From positions 751 through 64,750 of the IMG/VR virus record IMGVR_UViG_3300026519_000012: a DNA stretch of 64,000 nt; one strand, 5' to 3'. The DNA comes from a virus (Duplodnaviria; Caudoviricetes). A model generated the notes under the pieces. That model ran no database searches, was not told the DNA's origin, and saw only the letters and a program-made list of their open reading frames with translations. Made by a program: the position numbers and the translations under genes. Positions 20,357 to 30,431 of the stretch are shown here, piece after piece; within the stretch, counting starts at the first letter, position 1; each line of letters begins with the position of its first letter.

Positions 20357-20647
20357 TTACACACCAAACGAGGCCTTCACTAAAAACCTACTTGTATCTA
20401 CAGTTACACCCTCCGGTATTTCATCCAGCCGTAGTTCGCCGGTGGGGAAGATTCCCTTCCTAATCCGTGCGAGGATCCCCTCAAACAGTTGCGAGTTAGT
20501 ATATCCCCCATATTTCTCATGTGGTCGAAATGCATTTATATCACAGTGCGATGACTTGAGCTTTGGTACGTTCACACACCCATAATCCACGTCATCGTTC
20601 ACTGCGCAGGCCGTTATTTTTTTAGCCCGGAACTTAATAGTAACCAT
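20357..20647 (-). CDS. Hypothetical protein (possible cassette gene)
   Basis: GAGGAG RBS; the stop TAA lies in a GTTA at 20356, as in the phage A cassettes. Confidence 0.55.
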   Translation of the reverse strand: MVTIKFRAKKITACAVNDDVDYGCVNVPKLKSSHCDINAFRPHEKYGGYTNSQLFEGILARIRKGIFPTGELRLDEIPEGVTVDTSRFLVKASFGV

Positions 20648-20741
20648 ACTCTTTACTCCTCATTCACAAACGTGTTAGTAGTGATACGGTCAATATCATT
20701 ATTAAGGTGCGCGATTGTCATCACGCCACCGCTTAGAAACA

Positions 20742-20921
20742 ACGTTATGTGTCAAATAAACAATACACTCAATAGCGTCTCAAAATCGCCGCCGCACAAA
20801 ATCTTCTTTTTACCTATATACGGCCCAGAAACTTCGTAATCGTCGATTGATATTCGTTTTATTTTATAGTCGCTAATACAGATATTTACCGATGGCTCAA
20901 TGTCACAATTAAATCGCCATA
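20742..20921 (-). pseudogene. Truncated copy of cassette 2 gene (53991..54332)
   Basis: 180 bp matching 53981-54160 with 2 mismatches; the 5' half of the gene is missing. Confidence 0.85.
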
Positions 20922-21070
20922 CTCCGTTTCCACAAGTATTTTTTTTTTAATGCTATGACTGTCCCATTATGGTTATTCGACCGTACTTATCCGGAAAGAT
21001 AACTGTAAGTGTACGCCTATCTTCTACGAATTCCGCGTACATACAATGTAATAACTATGTGCCATAGTAG

Positions 21071-23509
21071 CTAACAAGAAACGTAAAACTTTTCTCGCCA
21101 ACTATTTTCATGGCGTATAATATCTTCATAACTAATATTTTTCGTGTAAGGCATTAATCTTTTGCCCCACCCTAATCCTACTTGTGCGTCTGTAGGCACA
21201 ACAAATTTACGGCCTTTTATTTCGCATTCATTCTCTAAAAGTTTTTGTATTTGTGGAATGTTATGCAGAGATTCTATTTTGATCTGTCCGATTAAACTAT
21301 CATGCACTTGGTTTAATACCTGAAAGCCTAACTTTTCTTCCCATCGTTCATTCCATATAGTTAATAAACCTTTATTAATATTGCCAGCCGTACCGCCCTG
21401 CCCAATATAAGCCGCGAACTCCCTTTCTATTTTGCTATCCGATAGAGAGCCTAAGAATTTTCTAGTTCTGCCAAATGCACAAGCAAATTTATTTTGGTTT
21501 TGTTGCGCCTGTAAAATATCTGCTTTTAAAGTTATCTGTAACCACGGGTACAGTTTGAAATACTCAATGGAAAACTGTTTGCATAAGGCAATTAATTTTG
21601 CTTCACTCCACATATGAGCGTCAACAAAACCTAATGCTGTCGCTGCGCCAATCACTGATTTTTTACCCATTGTTATATATAGCGTGCGAGGGTGCATTAA
21701 ATAATTAAGCCCGTAAACAATACGTTTTGTTAATTGTCTAATACCATACACTGGATGACCTACCCAATCTTCGCCATTTATATGGCCTTGATAAACTTCT
21801 TCATAAGACCGTTTGAAAAAATGCGCCGCATGATAGCAATGTGTATCTTTGTCACCGATCATTAACGCCATGTAAGTTGGGTCTTCGGAATTAAAGGCTG
21901 TAAAATATGCATCTGACTGCGCGTAGTCGATATCAAATAATAAATAACCCGGATCTGGCACCAACATTACGCGGGAATCTTTGGGTAGATTTTGCGCGTT
22001 TGTGCCTAGCCAAAAAGTCCCGGCTTTGCTTGCTAAGCGCCCGGTTTCTGTTCCGGCAGCCGATATTTGATATACAAATCGACCTTCTAAACACAACTTT
22101 TTTCTATCTCCATACTTGCTAATATTATTAGCAGGCTTTTTCACTTGCCATATAGTCTCTATAAGTTTTTCTGCTACAGGGTGTTGTGTTTGAAGAAGTT
22201 TTAAATATTGTTCATTCGTTGTTCGAGAAGGCGCGCGAGGTATTGGGGACAAACGTAAAATGTCGTACAGTAAAACTGCTACTTGTTTAGGGGAATTAGG
22301 ATTGAAATCATGCCCGCACATTATAGCTAAATCTTTTCTTGCTGTTCTGGACTCTTTATCCCAAATAGCTACCAGCTTATTTTGCGCTGTGGTATCTAAA
22401 TTTATTCCCCGTAAAGTCATTAACAACATGCTGCCCGATTGCAAGCCAAGTTCTGTATTATAATTATCCAGCGCCCACTTTAATTTTTCTTGTGTTATAA
22501 TCCGTACTAACTCTATAGCTGCAAGTGTCATATAGTATGTGTCAAGGGCGTTGTATCGCCAGTAATCTTCATACCCTTCAGTCGTTGAGGGTAATTTTGT
22601 TTTGTCTTTGTCATCCTTCGCGTCTTCAACACCCTCATCTTTCCAATAGCGGTAATGGTCAACAAATAAAGAAACAATAAAGTCTAAGCGTTTAGGTGCC
22701 TCTGTCCATATGGAATGAAATAAATGCATTGTATCTACAACGTAGTTACGCACAGGTATCTGGTACTTGACCATATGTGAATTATCATACAAGCCGTTCT
22801 GCCAAAGTTTAGGCGTGGGATTGTTGTTTATCCGTTTAATGCATGACCAAACTTGTTTTTCTTGTTCTGCACACCAAAAAGCACTTTGTCGTTCTGCTGT
22901 GTATATGAAAGGGACTACGTAAGTAGTTAATTGCTTACCTTTGAGGACAGTATAAGCTATGGAACTTATATAGGTGCTAGACGTCTCAATGTCCATACCT
23001 AACATATCCGCATTTGCGGCTTCTTGCTCTAAGTGCTCAACATGGCATAGTTCTCTGCAAACAGAATAAGTGAATTGTGGTTCTTGTTTTTGCTTTCTAT
23101 CAAACCATCTCTTAGCTTTCACCCAATCCATTAAAGCTACCCAACCTGCCCATGTCATGTATTTAACTTTTTTCAGGTCATCTACTATAATGCAAGGAAT
23201 ACCTCGGTACATAATGACAGAACCTCTACAGCAAGGTAAAGAGGTGTACTTTTTTGTTATAAACCCTAGCGTCGCTTTATCATTTACAATAATTATTTTT
23301 GGTTTATGACTGTCTATAAAATCAATGAATTCTTGCTCTTTATTAGGATCGTAAGTGTATTGTGTTTTACCTTTTTTTACTAACCAGCCTACCTTAGCGG
23401 TAGTAACAGTAACTTGGAATATAGAGAATCCCGCTTTTACACTAGCTGCGCGTGCCATTTTAAGATATGGCGGGGGGCTGCTTGCGGGAGCTATAAATAA
23501 TGCAGTCAT
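21071..23509 (-). CDS. polA: Family A DNA polymerase with 3'-5' exonuclease and N-terminal extra (UDG-like?) domain
   Basis: Exo I DIETS; TETGRLAS; motif A DYAQSD; motif B RQLTKRIVYGLNY; motif C QVHDSL. Start probably MTALF. Confidence 0.92.
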   Translation of the reverse strand: MTALFIAPASSPPPYLKMARAASVKAGFSIFQVTVTTAKVGWLVKKGKTQYTYDPNKEQEFIDFIDSHKPKIIIVNDKATLGFITKKYTSLPCCRGSVIMYRGIPCIIVDDLKKVKYMTWAGWVALMDWVKAKRWFDRKQKQEPQFTYSVCRELCHVEHLEQEAANADMLGMDIETSSTYISSIAYTVLKGKQLTTYVVPFIYTAERQSAFWCAEQEKQVWSCIKRINNNPTPKLWQNGLYDNSHMVKYQIPVRNYVVDTMHLFHSIWTEAPKRLDFIVSLFVDHYRYWKDEGVEDAKDDKDKTKLPSTTEGYEDYWRYNALDTYYMTLAAIELVRIITQEKLKWALDNYNTELGLQSGSMLLMTLRGINLDTTAQNKLVAIWDKESRTARKDLAIMCGHDFNPNSPKQVAVLLYDILRLSPIPRAPSRTTNEQYLKLLQTQHPVAEKLIETIWQVKKPANNISKYGDRKKLCLEGRFVYQISAAGTETGRLASKAGTFWLGTNAQNLPKDSRVMLVPDPGYLLFDIDYAQSDAYFTAFNSEDPTYMALMIGDKDTHCYHAAHFFKRSYEEVYQGHINGEDWVGHPVYGIRQLTKRIVYGLNYLMHPRTLYITMGKKSVIGAATALGFVDAHMWSEAKLIALCKQFSIEYFKLYPWLQITLKADILQAQQNQNKFACAFGRTRKFLGSLSDSKIEREFAAYIGQGGTAGNINKGLLTIWNERWEEKLGFQVLNQVHDSLIGQIKIESLHNIPQIQKLLENECEIKGRKFVVPTDAQVGLGWGKRLMPYTKNISYEDIIRHENSWREKFYVSC

Positions 23510-23524
23510 ACTTTTCCACCTCAA

Positions 23525-23554
23525 AAATGAAGGAGGCCGAAGCCTCCCTCTTTT
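23525..23554 (-). terminator. Intrinsic terminator (C-UUCG-G loop)
   Basis: Minus strand GAGGGAGGC-TTCG-GCCTCCTTC-ATTTT; T-tract also present on +. Confidence 0.7.
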
Positions 23555-23573
23555 GCTTACAGCTTATGGAGAA

Positions 23574-24095
23574 TTAAACTCCGCCAACAGTCTCGAAGCC
23601 CTCAAGATTGATATAAGGCTTTTTCGGATCTTTTTGATTTTTGGTGTGAACAATAGATGCTTTAAACTGTTTGCCGTTATTCAACTCTCGCAGTTCTTTA
23701 TACACTTGCGTGCTTTCCAACCCTGCAATCCGTAAAGTATAACGCATACGCCCCATACCGTCACGGATTTTCTCTTCTGTGTTACCGAACCAGAACATAT
23801 GCCCGTGTTCCTTACCTATTAAGGTTGAAGCATCAATCGTTTTATCGACAATATCGACAACATGTGCGCATGTTACTACCATACGGCACGCGGCTTTTTT
23901 ATCGCCTTCCTGGCCAGCGATAACATTTTCGCTTTTAGTAACTTCCCAGACATAGTCACCTTCTGGGAAACGGAACGGGCCTTCAATTTCAGCGATATCT
24001 GAAAGTACAATACTATCAATACTCTCAAACATATCTTCGGCTGAAAATTCTAGTGACCGACCATCAGCGCCTGTATAAATTATAGTGTCAGACAT
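23574..24095 (-). CDS. Putative ssDNA-binding protein (DUF669-like)
   Basis: FPEGDYVWEV motif; adjacent to the Sak4-like ATPase. Confidence 0.55.
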   Translation of the reverse strand: MSDTIIYTGADGRSLEFSAEDMFESIDSIVLSDIAEIEGPFRFPEGDYVWEVTKSENVIAGQEGDKKAACRMVVTCAHVVDIVDKTIDASTLIGKEHGHMFWFGNTEEKIRDGMGRMRYTLRIAGLESTQVYKELRELNNGKQFKASIVHTKNQKDPKKPYINLEGFETVGGV

Positions 24096-24119
24096 TTATT
24101 ATCCTCTTTTGGTTTATGA

Positions 24120-25145
24120 TTATAAAATACTCATTGTTTTGCCAGTAGACTGCTTTATCACATTACTGGGACTGGCAGCCACAGACTGTGAATCTTTTAT
24201 ACCTTGTGTATCTTGTGTGTTTTTAACTACTTTAATAGGTTCAAGTGTTGTATCAATGGTAATAAGTGCAGGCATCCTTGCTTTTTTCGCTAAGGCCGCA
24301 AAAGTAAGTTCTTCCCATTTATAAGATCCCGGCGCTATTGACCGACAACCGCCCGGCTGATTATTGCCCTTTGCGGTGCTAATAAAAAAGTTATTATTGT
24401 TTTGTGAAAAATATAAAATGTCTGTAAAATCCGCGCCTAATGTTTTTCCATGTGGGTTGGAAGTAGATTTTATTATAGTTTTAGCCCATTCCAGTTCCTG
24501 TACTTTTTTACCGTTAGTTACAACAGTTTTATACTTCTCATATACTGTTTCATGCCCGATAACAATCACATTAGTATATTGAGAAACACTTTTAAGCTGG
24601 GATAACATCCAATTAGCCATCATAGATGCATAGCCATAGCAAGGGCGTTCATGCTTTTTTGCATCTGCCATGTCTACTTTATTTTCATTATACCAATGTT
24701 TTATTAATGAAACTGCGACGGCTGTCCAAGAATCTAATACCACTACCCATGACTTATCTAAGGCCGTGGGTTTTATTTGCCATAATTCTTCTGGCTTGTT
24801 TCTGCCTAAAGAAGGTAAAGCTAGTCTTCGCGTGGAAGGGTCCCAATTGAACGGAACGCCTTTTAAAAATAAGGTTGTAAAAATGGCGGCTGTGGCATCA
24901 ATCCCATCGCTAATTGGCAGTATATGAATACGCTTTTGTGCTTCTGGTTGTATTTGTGCCGTTATTTGATAGCCGTCATCAGTGTCTAGTAGCAGCACGT
25001 TATAACCAGCTTCGGCAGCTTTGCACGCCCACCAAGTTTTTTTTGTTTTTTCTTCACCATAAAGCATTAAGCGCAAAGAGTGGTTATGTATATCGGCAGC
25101 TGTAGGCATATGTAAAATCCTTAATTTAGTGGAGTTAAAAAGCAA
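24120..25145 (-). CDS. Sak4-like AAA ATPase/recombinase
   Basis: LMLYGEEKTKKT (deviant Walker A), LLLDTDDG, VVLDSWT, VIVIGHE. Confidence 0.7.
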   Translation of the reverse strand: MLFNSTKLRILHMPTAADIHNHSLRLMLYGEEKTKKTWWACKAAEAGYNVLLLDTDDGYQITAQIQPEAQKRIHILPISDGIDATAAIFTTLFLKGVPFNWDPSTRRLALPSLGRNKPEELWQIKPTALDKSWVVVLDSWTAVAVSLIKHWYNENKVDMADAKKHERPCYGYASMMANWMLSQLKSVSQYTNVIVIGHETVYEKYKTVVTNGKKVQELEWAKTIIKSTSNPHGKTLGADFTDILYFSQNNNNFFISTAKGNNQPGGCRSIAPGSYKWEELTFAALAKKARMPALITIDTTLEPIKVVKNTQDTQGIKDSQSVAASPSNVIKQSTGKTMSIL

Positions 25146-25150
25146 GACAA

Positions 25151-25498
25151 TTAAGATATTAAGATAATTAACTTGTCGTTTCGCCTGTCTCCACCGTGGG
25201 GGAGTTTTGGCAGGTTTAGTAATTCACATTGCTTATCGATTTGCGGCCAGCAGTTATTCATTTTTTCAGTATCCACATTATACATATGCGCAATTGAAGT
25301 AAATATTTGTCGGTAGTTAATTTCCATTGGCATGTCTTGGCTTTCCAGACGAAAATCATTTTCTGCCTGCCGCATAGCTTTATTTGCGCACAAATAATAA
25401 TACCACAAAGCGTGAACTTCTATTTCCGGGGTTAAATACCCGTTAGGTACAATATATTGATAAAAGATCGGTGGGGATAAAGTTATTGACTGTGCCAT
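25151..25498 (-). CDS. Hypothetical protein
   Basis: Tightly packed in the operon. Confidence 0.55.
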   Translation of the reverse strand: MAQSITLSPPIFYQYIVPNGYLTPEIEVHALWYYYLCANKAMRQAENDFRLESQDMPMEINYRQIFTSIAHMYNVDTEKMNNCWPQIDKQCELLNLPKLPHGGDRRNDKLIILIS

Positions 25499-25500
25499 AA

Positions 25501-26448
25501 TTAAAATCCTAGATCTAATTCTATAATTAATGCGGGATCATGCCGCATAGCAGGTTTAGGGTTAGCGGGCTTGTTATCTATTAACCACTGATCGATAATA
25601 GACTCGTTTCGTGATTGACACATATCAAAATACTGGCATGTACGCCCCCAAGAAAAACATGCTTTTGATTTTCGAGGGAACCACTGATTCTGATAGTAAA
25701 ATTTCACATCTTGCAAATGTTTAGCTAGTTGTTTACCCCAATCTATTATTAATTCTTTGGTTTTCATCATAGGTATAGTTTGCACAACAGGCGCTAGTAC
25801 GTCAGTGTAACAAAAAAGATAATTAACTTGTATGGAATTTGTTACTTTTCCTGTGAGGTGTTGCAATACTAAAGCATAAGGTACACATTGATCGTCAAAA
25901 GCGAATTCTACCTCTGGTTGAGCGTTAGTGCGCCTATGTGTTTTCACATCATATACTAAAAACTCACCTGTTAACTTGTTTTGTAATACAAGATCAATGT
26001 ATCCTATATAAGTTACTGGAACAGCTTCTTGATCTGATAGAGAAAAATTTTTTATTTTGAGCAGAAAACATAATTCTATTCCGGGAATTGTACCGTGCTT
26101 AGCAGTATCAAAATGCGCCACTGCCAATGTTTCAGTATCAAGTTTTTGTATTACCAGTTGTAAAGTAGAATAGGCCGCGTAAAGAGATCGACCACTCATT
26201 GCCGTTTCATTGTAATGATATGGATACTCTTTCATAAGTGTGAAAATAGCTTCCTGCTTATTTTGGTTTTTATAATAAACTTGTATTGCTTTATGCAAAG
26301 CCTTTCCTACATCAGAGGCATGAGATTCTTGATACAAAAACGCTGTTTGGTGAAACTTGCGAAATTCTAATCGCCGGGGGCAAGCGTCTAGTATATTAAT
26401 ACTGGAATTGGATAATTGTAAAGATTTAATGCTCATATTATAAACCAA
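25501..26448 (-). CDS. PD-(D/E)XK (Cas4/RecB-like) exonuclease with Fe-S cysteines
   Basis: CPRR, GKALH, GYIDLV, YDVKT and C-terminal C..CQYFDMC. Confidence 0.85.
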   Translation of the reverse strand: MVYNMSIKSLQLSNSSINILDACPRRLEFRKFHQTAFLYQESHASDVGKALHKAIQVYYKNQNKQEAIFTLMKEYPYHYNETAMSGRSLYAAYSTLQLVIQKLDTETLAVAHFDTAKHGTIPGIELCFLLKIKNFSLSDQEAVPVTYIGYIDLVLQNKLTGEFLVYDVKTHRRTNAQPEVEFAFDDQCVPYALVLQHLTGKVTNSIQVNYLFCYTDVLAPVVQTIPMMKTKELIIDWGKQLAKHLQDVKFYYQNQWFPRKSKACFSWGRTCQYFDMCQSRNESIIDQWLIDNKPANPKPAMRHDPALIIELDLGF

Positions 26449-26974
26449 TATCAGACATTAAGTCAGCAATCTCACTATCTCTGGCAGTGATTTTAGTTTT
26501 AGTTTTCTTCTTCGCGGCCTTTTTAAAAGCAATTATTTCATAAGCTTTTTGGCAAGAAGTTACTAGCAAGCCAATATCTTCTGGGAGTAAAAATTTTGTA
26601 GTCTCTTTGTGCGACTTGATATATTCCATTACGTAAAGCACATTATCAGCTAATTCAGGGGTATCAAAACTAGCAATTAATGTTTGCAATTGGGCGCGAA
26701 AAGCAGTTTGTTCTTCTGGGAATTCTGCAGGTTGATCTGGATAGTTATATATGCTTGTAGGCGAAGGCTCTGGCATTACAGGCGCAGCGGGTTTTGTTTT
26801 GTCAGCTTTAAAAAAAGTGTTTAGCTTTGTTAAATCTAATGATTTGTCAGTATTTGTTTTTTTTGTTTCCGGAATTGCCTTTTCCATTTGTTCTGCTTGC
26901 TTTGCAGTTTCTTCTGTTTTTGTCTCTATATGTGCGGGTGGGCGTTTTTTAAGCCCTGCTAAAATATCTATCAT
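26438..26974 (-). CDS. Hypothetical protein
   Basis: Coupled ORF. Confidence 0.55.
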   Translation of the reverse strand: MIDILAGLKKRPPAHIETKTEETAKQAEQMEKAIPETKKTNTDKSLDLTKLNTFFKADKTKPAAPVMPEPSPTSIYNYPDQPAEFPEEQTAFRAQLQTLIASFDTPELADNVLYVMEYIKSHKETTKFLLPEDIGLLVTSCQKAYEIIAFKKAAKKKTKTKITARDSEIADLMSDIGL

Positions 26975-27543
26975 TAACTTATATCCTTAAGCTGGTCGTT
27001 AATATCTTTATATCCATGACTAATTTTATCCTTATCTCTATCAATATCCACCCCTAGGCCTGCGAGTATTTCAGTATCCAATCCACAATCATCTATAACA
27101 GCCTGTTTTTCTTTTTTAGGGTGTTTTTTAAGCACTACAACCCAAGTGTCGTTGATATCTTTTGTAGATGGCTGGGCGTCAATTAAGCGTGTTTTAAAAT
27201 CGTCACACTTCCCATATTTAATCAGTGCCTTTCTACGAAAGCGTGAAAGCTCTGTTCGCATAGATTGTACATAGTTGGCGACTAAGTCTCTTATTTCCTC
27301 TTCATCAAGATTACGACGGTTTAATGGATCGTGTAAGTACGGAAGAAAAGCGAAGGCATAGGTAAGTGTCTGCTTTCCTGCGCCAGCTTTAATATACAAT
27401 TCTACTTGACGTTTGGCTTTTATAGGACTATCTGCTTGTTCGGTATATATAGATAGTTCAGAAGTATAAGTGGAAGTTGGTACGGCTTTGTGCGTACCTT
27501 TCGTTTTTAATTCTTTATCGTGTTTAATTATATCAAACAGCAT
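26974..27543 (-). CDS. Hypothetical protein
   Basis: GAGG RBS; lies downstream of a consensus promoter. Confidence 0.55.
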   Translation of the reverse strand: MLFDIIKHDKELKTKGTHKAVPTSTYTSELSIYTEQADSPIKAKRQVELYIKAGAGKQTLTYAFAFLPYLHDPLNRRNLDEEEIRDLVANYVQSMRTELSRFRRKALIKYGKCDDFKTRLIDAQPSTKDINDTWVVVLKKHPKKEKQAVIDDCGLDTEILAGLGVDIDRDKDKISHGYKDINDQLKDIS

Positions 27544-27585
27544 ATGCCCGCCTCTTATTTATAACAAAAAACTAACAGGGCGCTA

Positions 27586-27614
27586 AGTATAGCATATCTG
27601 TTAGTTTTTGTCAA
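27586..27614 (-). promoter_or_regulatory. Sigma70 promoter
   Basis: TTGACA-17 bp-TATACT with extended TG; overlapped by a 12-bp inverted repeat. Confidence 0.75.
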
Positions 27615-27629
27615 GTATTATTTTACTGT

Positions 27630-28544
27630 TTATGCTAGGCGTAAAAACACTGGTTGCCTAGGCTTACATTTTACCCCACAACCCATGCTTTTATAAGTGA
27701 TACGCTTGTGGTATATTTGCGCCTTATTTTCCCAAAAGGATGATTTTTCTTTATCTGTAAGCCCACTGCTGATATTAAAAACAATCCCACTTTTTAGGTC
27801 TCTAACAATTAGCGACCCCAGTGTGTTTGTAGGAATAATATTAGAGCTACGCCTGCTTCGTGTAGTTAGCCCTCGATTATCAATAACGGCTTCATTGTTA
27901 TTTGTGGTGCCTTCTATAAACCCGACAATAATAGCTTCCGAATATGTGTGTTCTTTATATTTCACGGCTAGTTGTTCTTTGTCCGTACTACGCCCATATT
28001 TATATAAACCTTTTGGATCTTTTAGCACTAAGCCTTCATAGCCGCTTTGTGTCCACACTTGTATCCATTGCTCTATATCCGCAAGCGAGTTGATAGGTTG
28101 TTGGTGTGTGAAAGAATGAAAAGTCGATGGGGGTTGCGTCAATAACTTATAGTAGCGATCTATAAATTGCATAGTCGGTTGATTCCAATAATCAAATACT
28201 TTATAATGTATACCGGTGATAGCTTTGTTTTTAGACATTAAGCAAGAAACTGTCCGGTTAAATACATCAGGTGCCCATGGATTGCCTATATATAACTCAC
28301 CGTCAAAACCTTCTAAAGCTGGTGAACATAATCGTTGCAAGCGTTCATTGGGCAGGGGTTTCATAGATTTGCTACGAAATATGCCATTTTTGACGATTGC
28401 CCGAATGCCGTCAATTTTCGGGCTGGCTAATTTTGGTAGCGCTATAGTGGCTTCATTATAATTGCTGTAGCTCATAGGTCTGATTTTTTGGTTTTTGAAG
28501 AATGTTGACATTTTTAATAACTCCCTTTTATACCTTGTGTGCAA
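27630..28544 (-). CDS. lig: ATP-dependent DNA ligase
   Basis: PKIDGIR, FDGEL, VFD, GYEGLVLK, KYK, PRQPVF. Confidence 0.93.
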   Translation of the reverse strand: MHTRYKRELLKMSTFFKNQKIRPMSYSNYNEATIALPKLASPKIDGIRAIVKNGIFRSKSMKPLPNERLQRLCSPALEGFDGELYIGNPWAPDVFNRTVSCLMSKNKAITGIHYKVFDYWNQPTMQFIDRYYKLLTQPPSTFHSFTHQQPINSLADIEQWIQVWTQSGYEGLVLKDPKGLYKYGRSTDKEQLAVKYKEHTYSEAIIVGFIEGTTNNNEAVIDNRGLTTRSRRSSNIIPTNTLGSLIVRDLKSGIVFNISSGLTDKEKSSFWENKAQIYHKRITYKSMGCGVKCKPRQPVFLRLA

Positions 28545-28713
28545 TTACGTCTATAGGCGTCACAACACTTATACAAAGTTTAGAGTCTTTATCCATTTGC
28601 TGTAAATAAGGGCACTGGCGCGCTTCTATTGTTTTAATATTACAGCAATACTTTGCACTTTCTGTGGTTTCTGTGGTTTCTGTGGTTTCTGTGGTCATAG
28701 TTAATATTCCCAT
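28528..28713 (-). CDS. Small Cys-containing hypothetical protein with TTE repeat
   Basis: 9-bp tandem TTCTGTGGT x4 at 28660-28695. Confidence 0.35.
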   Translation of the reverse strand: MGILTMTTETTETTETTESAKYCCNIKTIEARQCPYLQQMDKDSKLCISVVTPIDVIAHKV

Positions 28714-30431
28714 TTGTCTGACTTATAAATCATAGGCTTTTCTTCGTTGCCTTTTTGTAATTGGATAAAATGTTTCGCTTTCTCTTCTAGCGTATTACCT
28801 TTTATTAACTGCCTTCTAAGTGCGGACTTAATCCCATAATCCGTACATAATAATATTACGCGCTCTTTAGCTCGTGTAACAGCAGTATATAACCATTCCC
28901 GCGATAAGAAACCAGCAGCAGTGTTATGACATACAATCACCACCGTGTTATATTCCGATCCTTGCGCTTTGTGGCAGGTGAACCCGTATGCTGTTTGTAG
29001 AGAGGAAAATTCACCGGAAGTACAAAATGTTACAGGGGTAGTTTCTTCTTGAAATTTTACTTCCACTATGTGACTTGCTTGCCGCTCGCTTTTCTCTTTT
29101 TCATCGTCCGCATCAACGATATCAGTGGTAAAAATGTTGCCGCTATCGGGTGTAAATCCATTTAATGCCGCCATAAAATCGGCCTGCTTGGCTTTTGTGG
29201 CGTGTCCGGCATTATATGTTATTGTTGCCTTGTATTGTGGATTGATAGTAATGCTGGTGATAACACCGGTCATTCCGTTTGTCAATCCTAGATCGGTTAT
29301 ATTCTTTGTAAGCATGACTTTATCGCCTACGCCGAAAATCTTAGTCCCTTTAGCTGTTTGAATAACGATTCGTGGATTCTCATATTCGGTTTCACTCCCT
29401 GCCTTTAATCGGGGGGAATTAAAATATTTAACCAGTTTATCATTTAAGGGTATCTGACCTAAATCTCCCTCGTTTGTGGGTACAATTAAGGCGTCATTGA
29501 ACTTATCAAATGATCCTTGTTTATCCAAGTGTTGAATAGTAGCAACAACCTCGTTTGCGGCTATTTGACTTAATTCGTTGATTTTAATCATTACAAAATG
29601 CTTTTTGCAAGGGGCTAATTTTTGACCTCGCAAAATCCTAGCAGCATTAGCGATAATTGGGTTATCCAGTGCTGTACGGTGTAAGGTTGATAATTCAGCG
29701 GTTGGCCATTGTTGCATCGCAAAGCCTAAAATAGACTTTCCGTGAACTGGCGGCAACTGGTTGATGTCACCAAATATGAAGATTCGCGTTCTTTTTGGTA
29801 GAGCCTCAATGAGGCGGTTGAATAAATAAATCGGTACAGTACCCCCTTCGTCCATAACGACAATATCGTATGATAGTTTATTATACTGTGTATATGTTGG
29901 GGCAAACATCCGCTTGCCTGTTTCAGGATTAATTTCGGGCGCATACCCTAACGTTGCATGTATTGTACGGGTGTCTGCATGGTATTTAACATCCAGCCTA
30001 CGTTTCATTGGTGTCAAAGCCTTGCCCATGAATGCAACAAACGCTATTGATATGTATTGATTTTGGCTGCCTTTAGCATTCTGCGCGTTAGCATATAAGC
30101 GCTCAATTTCACGAATTAAGAATATCTGTACCGTTGTTTTACCTGTACCGGCTTTACCGATCACGCAACCATATTTTTGGTGCGATAATAAATTAACCGC
30201 TTTAAGTTGCGAATCATCGAGCATATCATAATCTACTTGATTTTTTAGTTCTTCAAGCGTGCAAATAAATGTTTCTGTTTCTGGTGCTTTGTTGACGGAT
30301 GTATTTTGTATCCGTTCAAATAATTTCGCCGCCTGTTTGCCTTTGCGTTGTGTTAACCCTGTACCGTATAAGGCATCGCGTTTTGCGCTGCCGGTTTTGG
30401 TTTTGGCTTTTATATTATTAAACAGTGCCAT
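28701..30431 (-). CDS. RecD/Dda-like SF1B helicase
   Basis: GKAGTGKTT, VMDEG, GDINQLPPV, AYGFTCHKAQGSEY, LYTAVTRAK. Confidence 0.92.
   Translation of the reverse strand: MALFNNIKAKTKTGSAKRDALYGTGLTQRKGKQAAKLFERIQNTSVNKAPETETFICTLEELKNQVDYDMLDDSQLKAVNLLSHQKYGCVIGKAGTGKTTVQIFLIREIERLYANAQNAKGSQNQYISIAFVAFMGKALTPMKRRLDVKYHADTRTIHATLGYAPEINPETGKRMFAPTYTQYNKLSYDIVVMDEGGTVPIYLFNRLIEALPKRTRIFIFGDINQLPPVHGKSILGFAMQQWPTAELSTLHRTALDNPIIANAARILRGQKLAPCKKHFVMIKINELSQIAANEVVATIQHLDKQGSFDKFNDALIVPTNEGDLGQIPLNDKLVKYFNSPRLKAGSETEYENPRIVIQTAKGTKIFGVGDKVMLTKNITDLGLTNGMTGVITSITINPQYKATITYNAGHATKAKQADFMAALNGFTPDSGNIFTTDIVDADDEKEKSERQASHIVEVKFQEETTPVTFCTSGEFSSLQTAYGFTCHKAQGSEYNTVVIVCHNTAAGFLSREWLYTAVTRAKERVILLCTDYGIKSALRRQLIKGNTLEEKAKHFIQLQKGNEEKPMIYKSDKWEY

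Noticed and set aside
25501-26448. Cas4-like gene as part of a CRISPR-Cas system
   Set aside because: No cas1/cas2 or array is present; it sits in a standard phage recombination operon.
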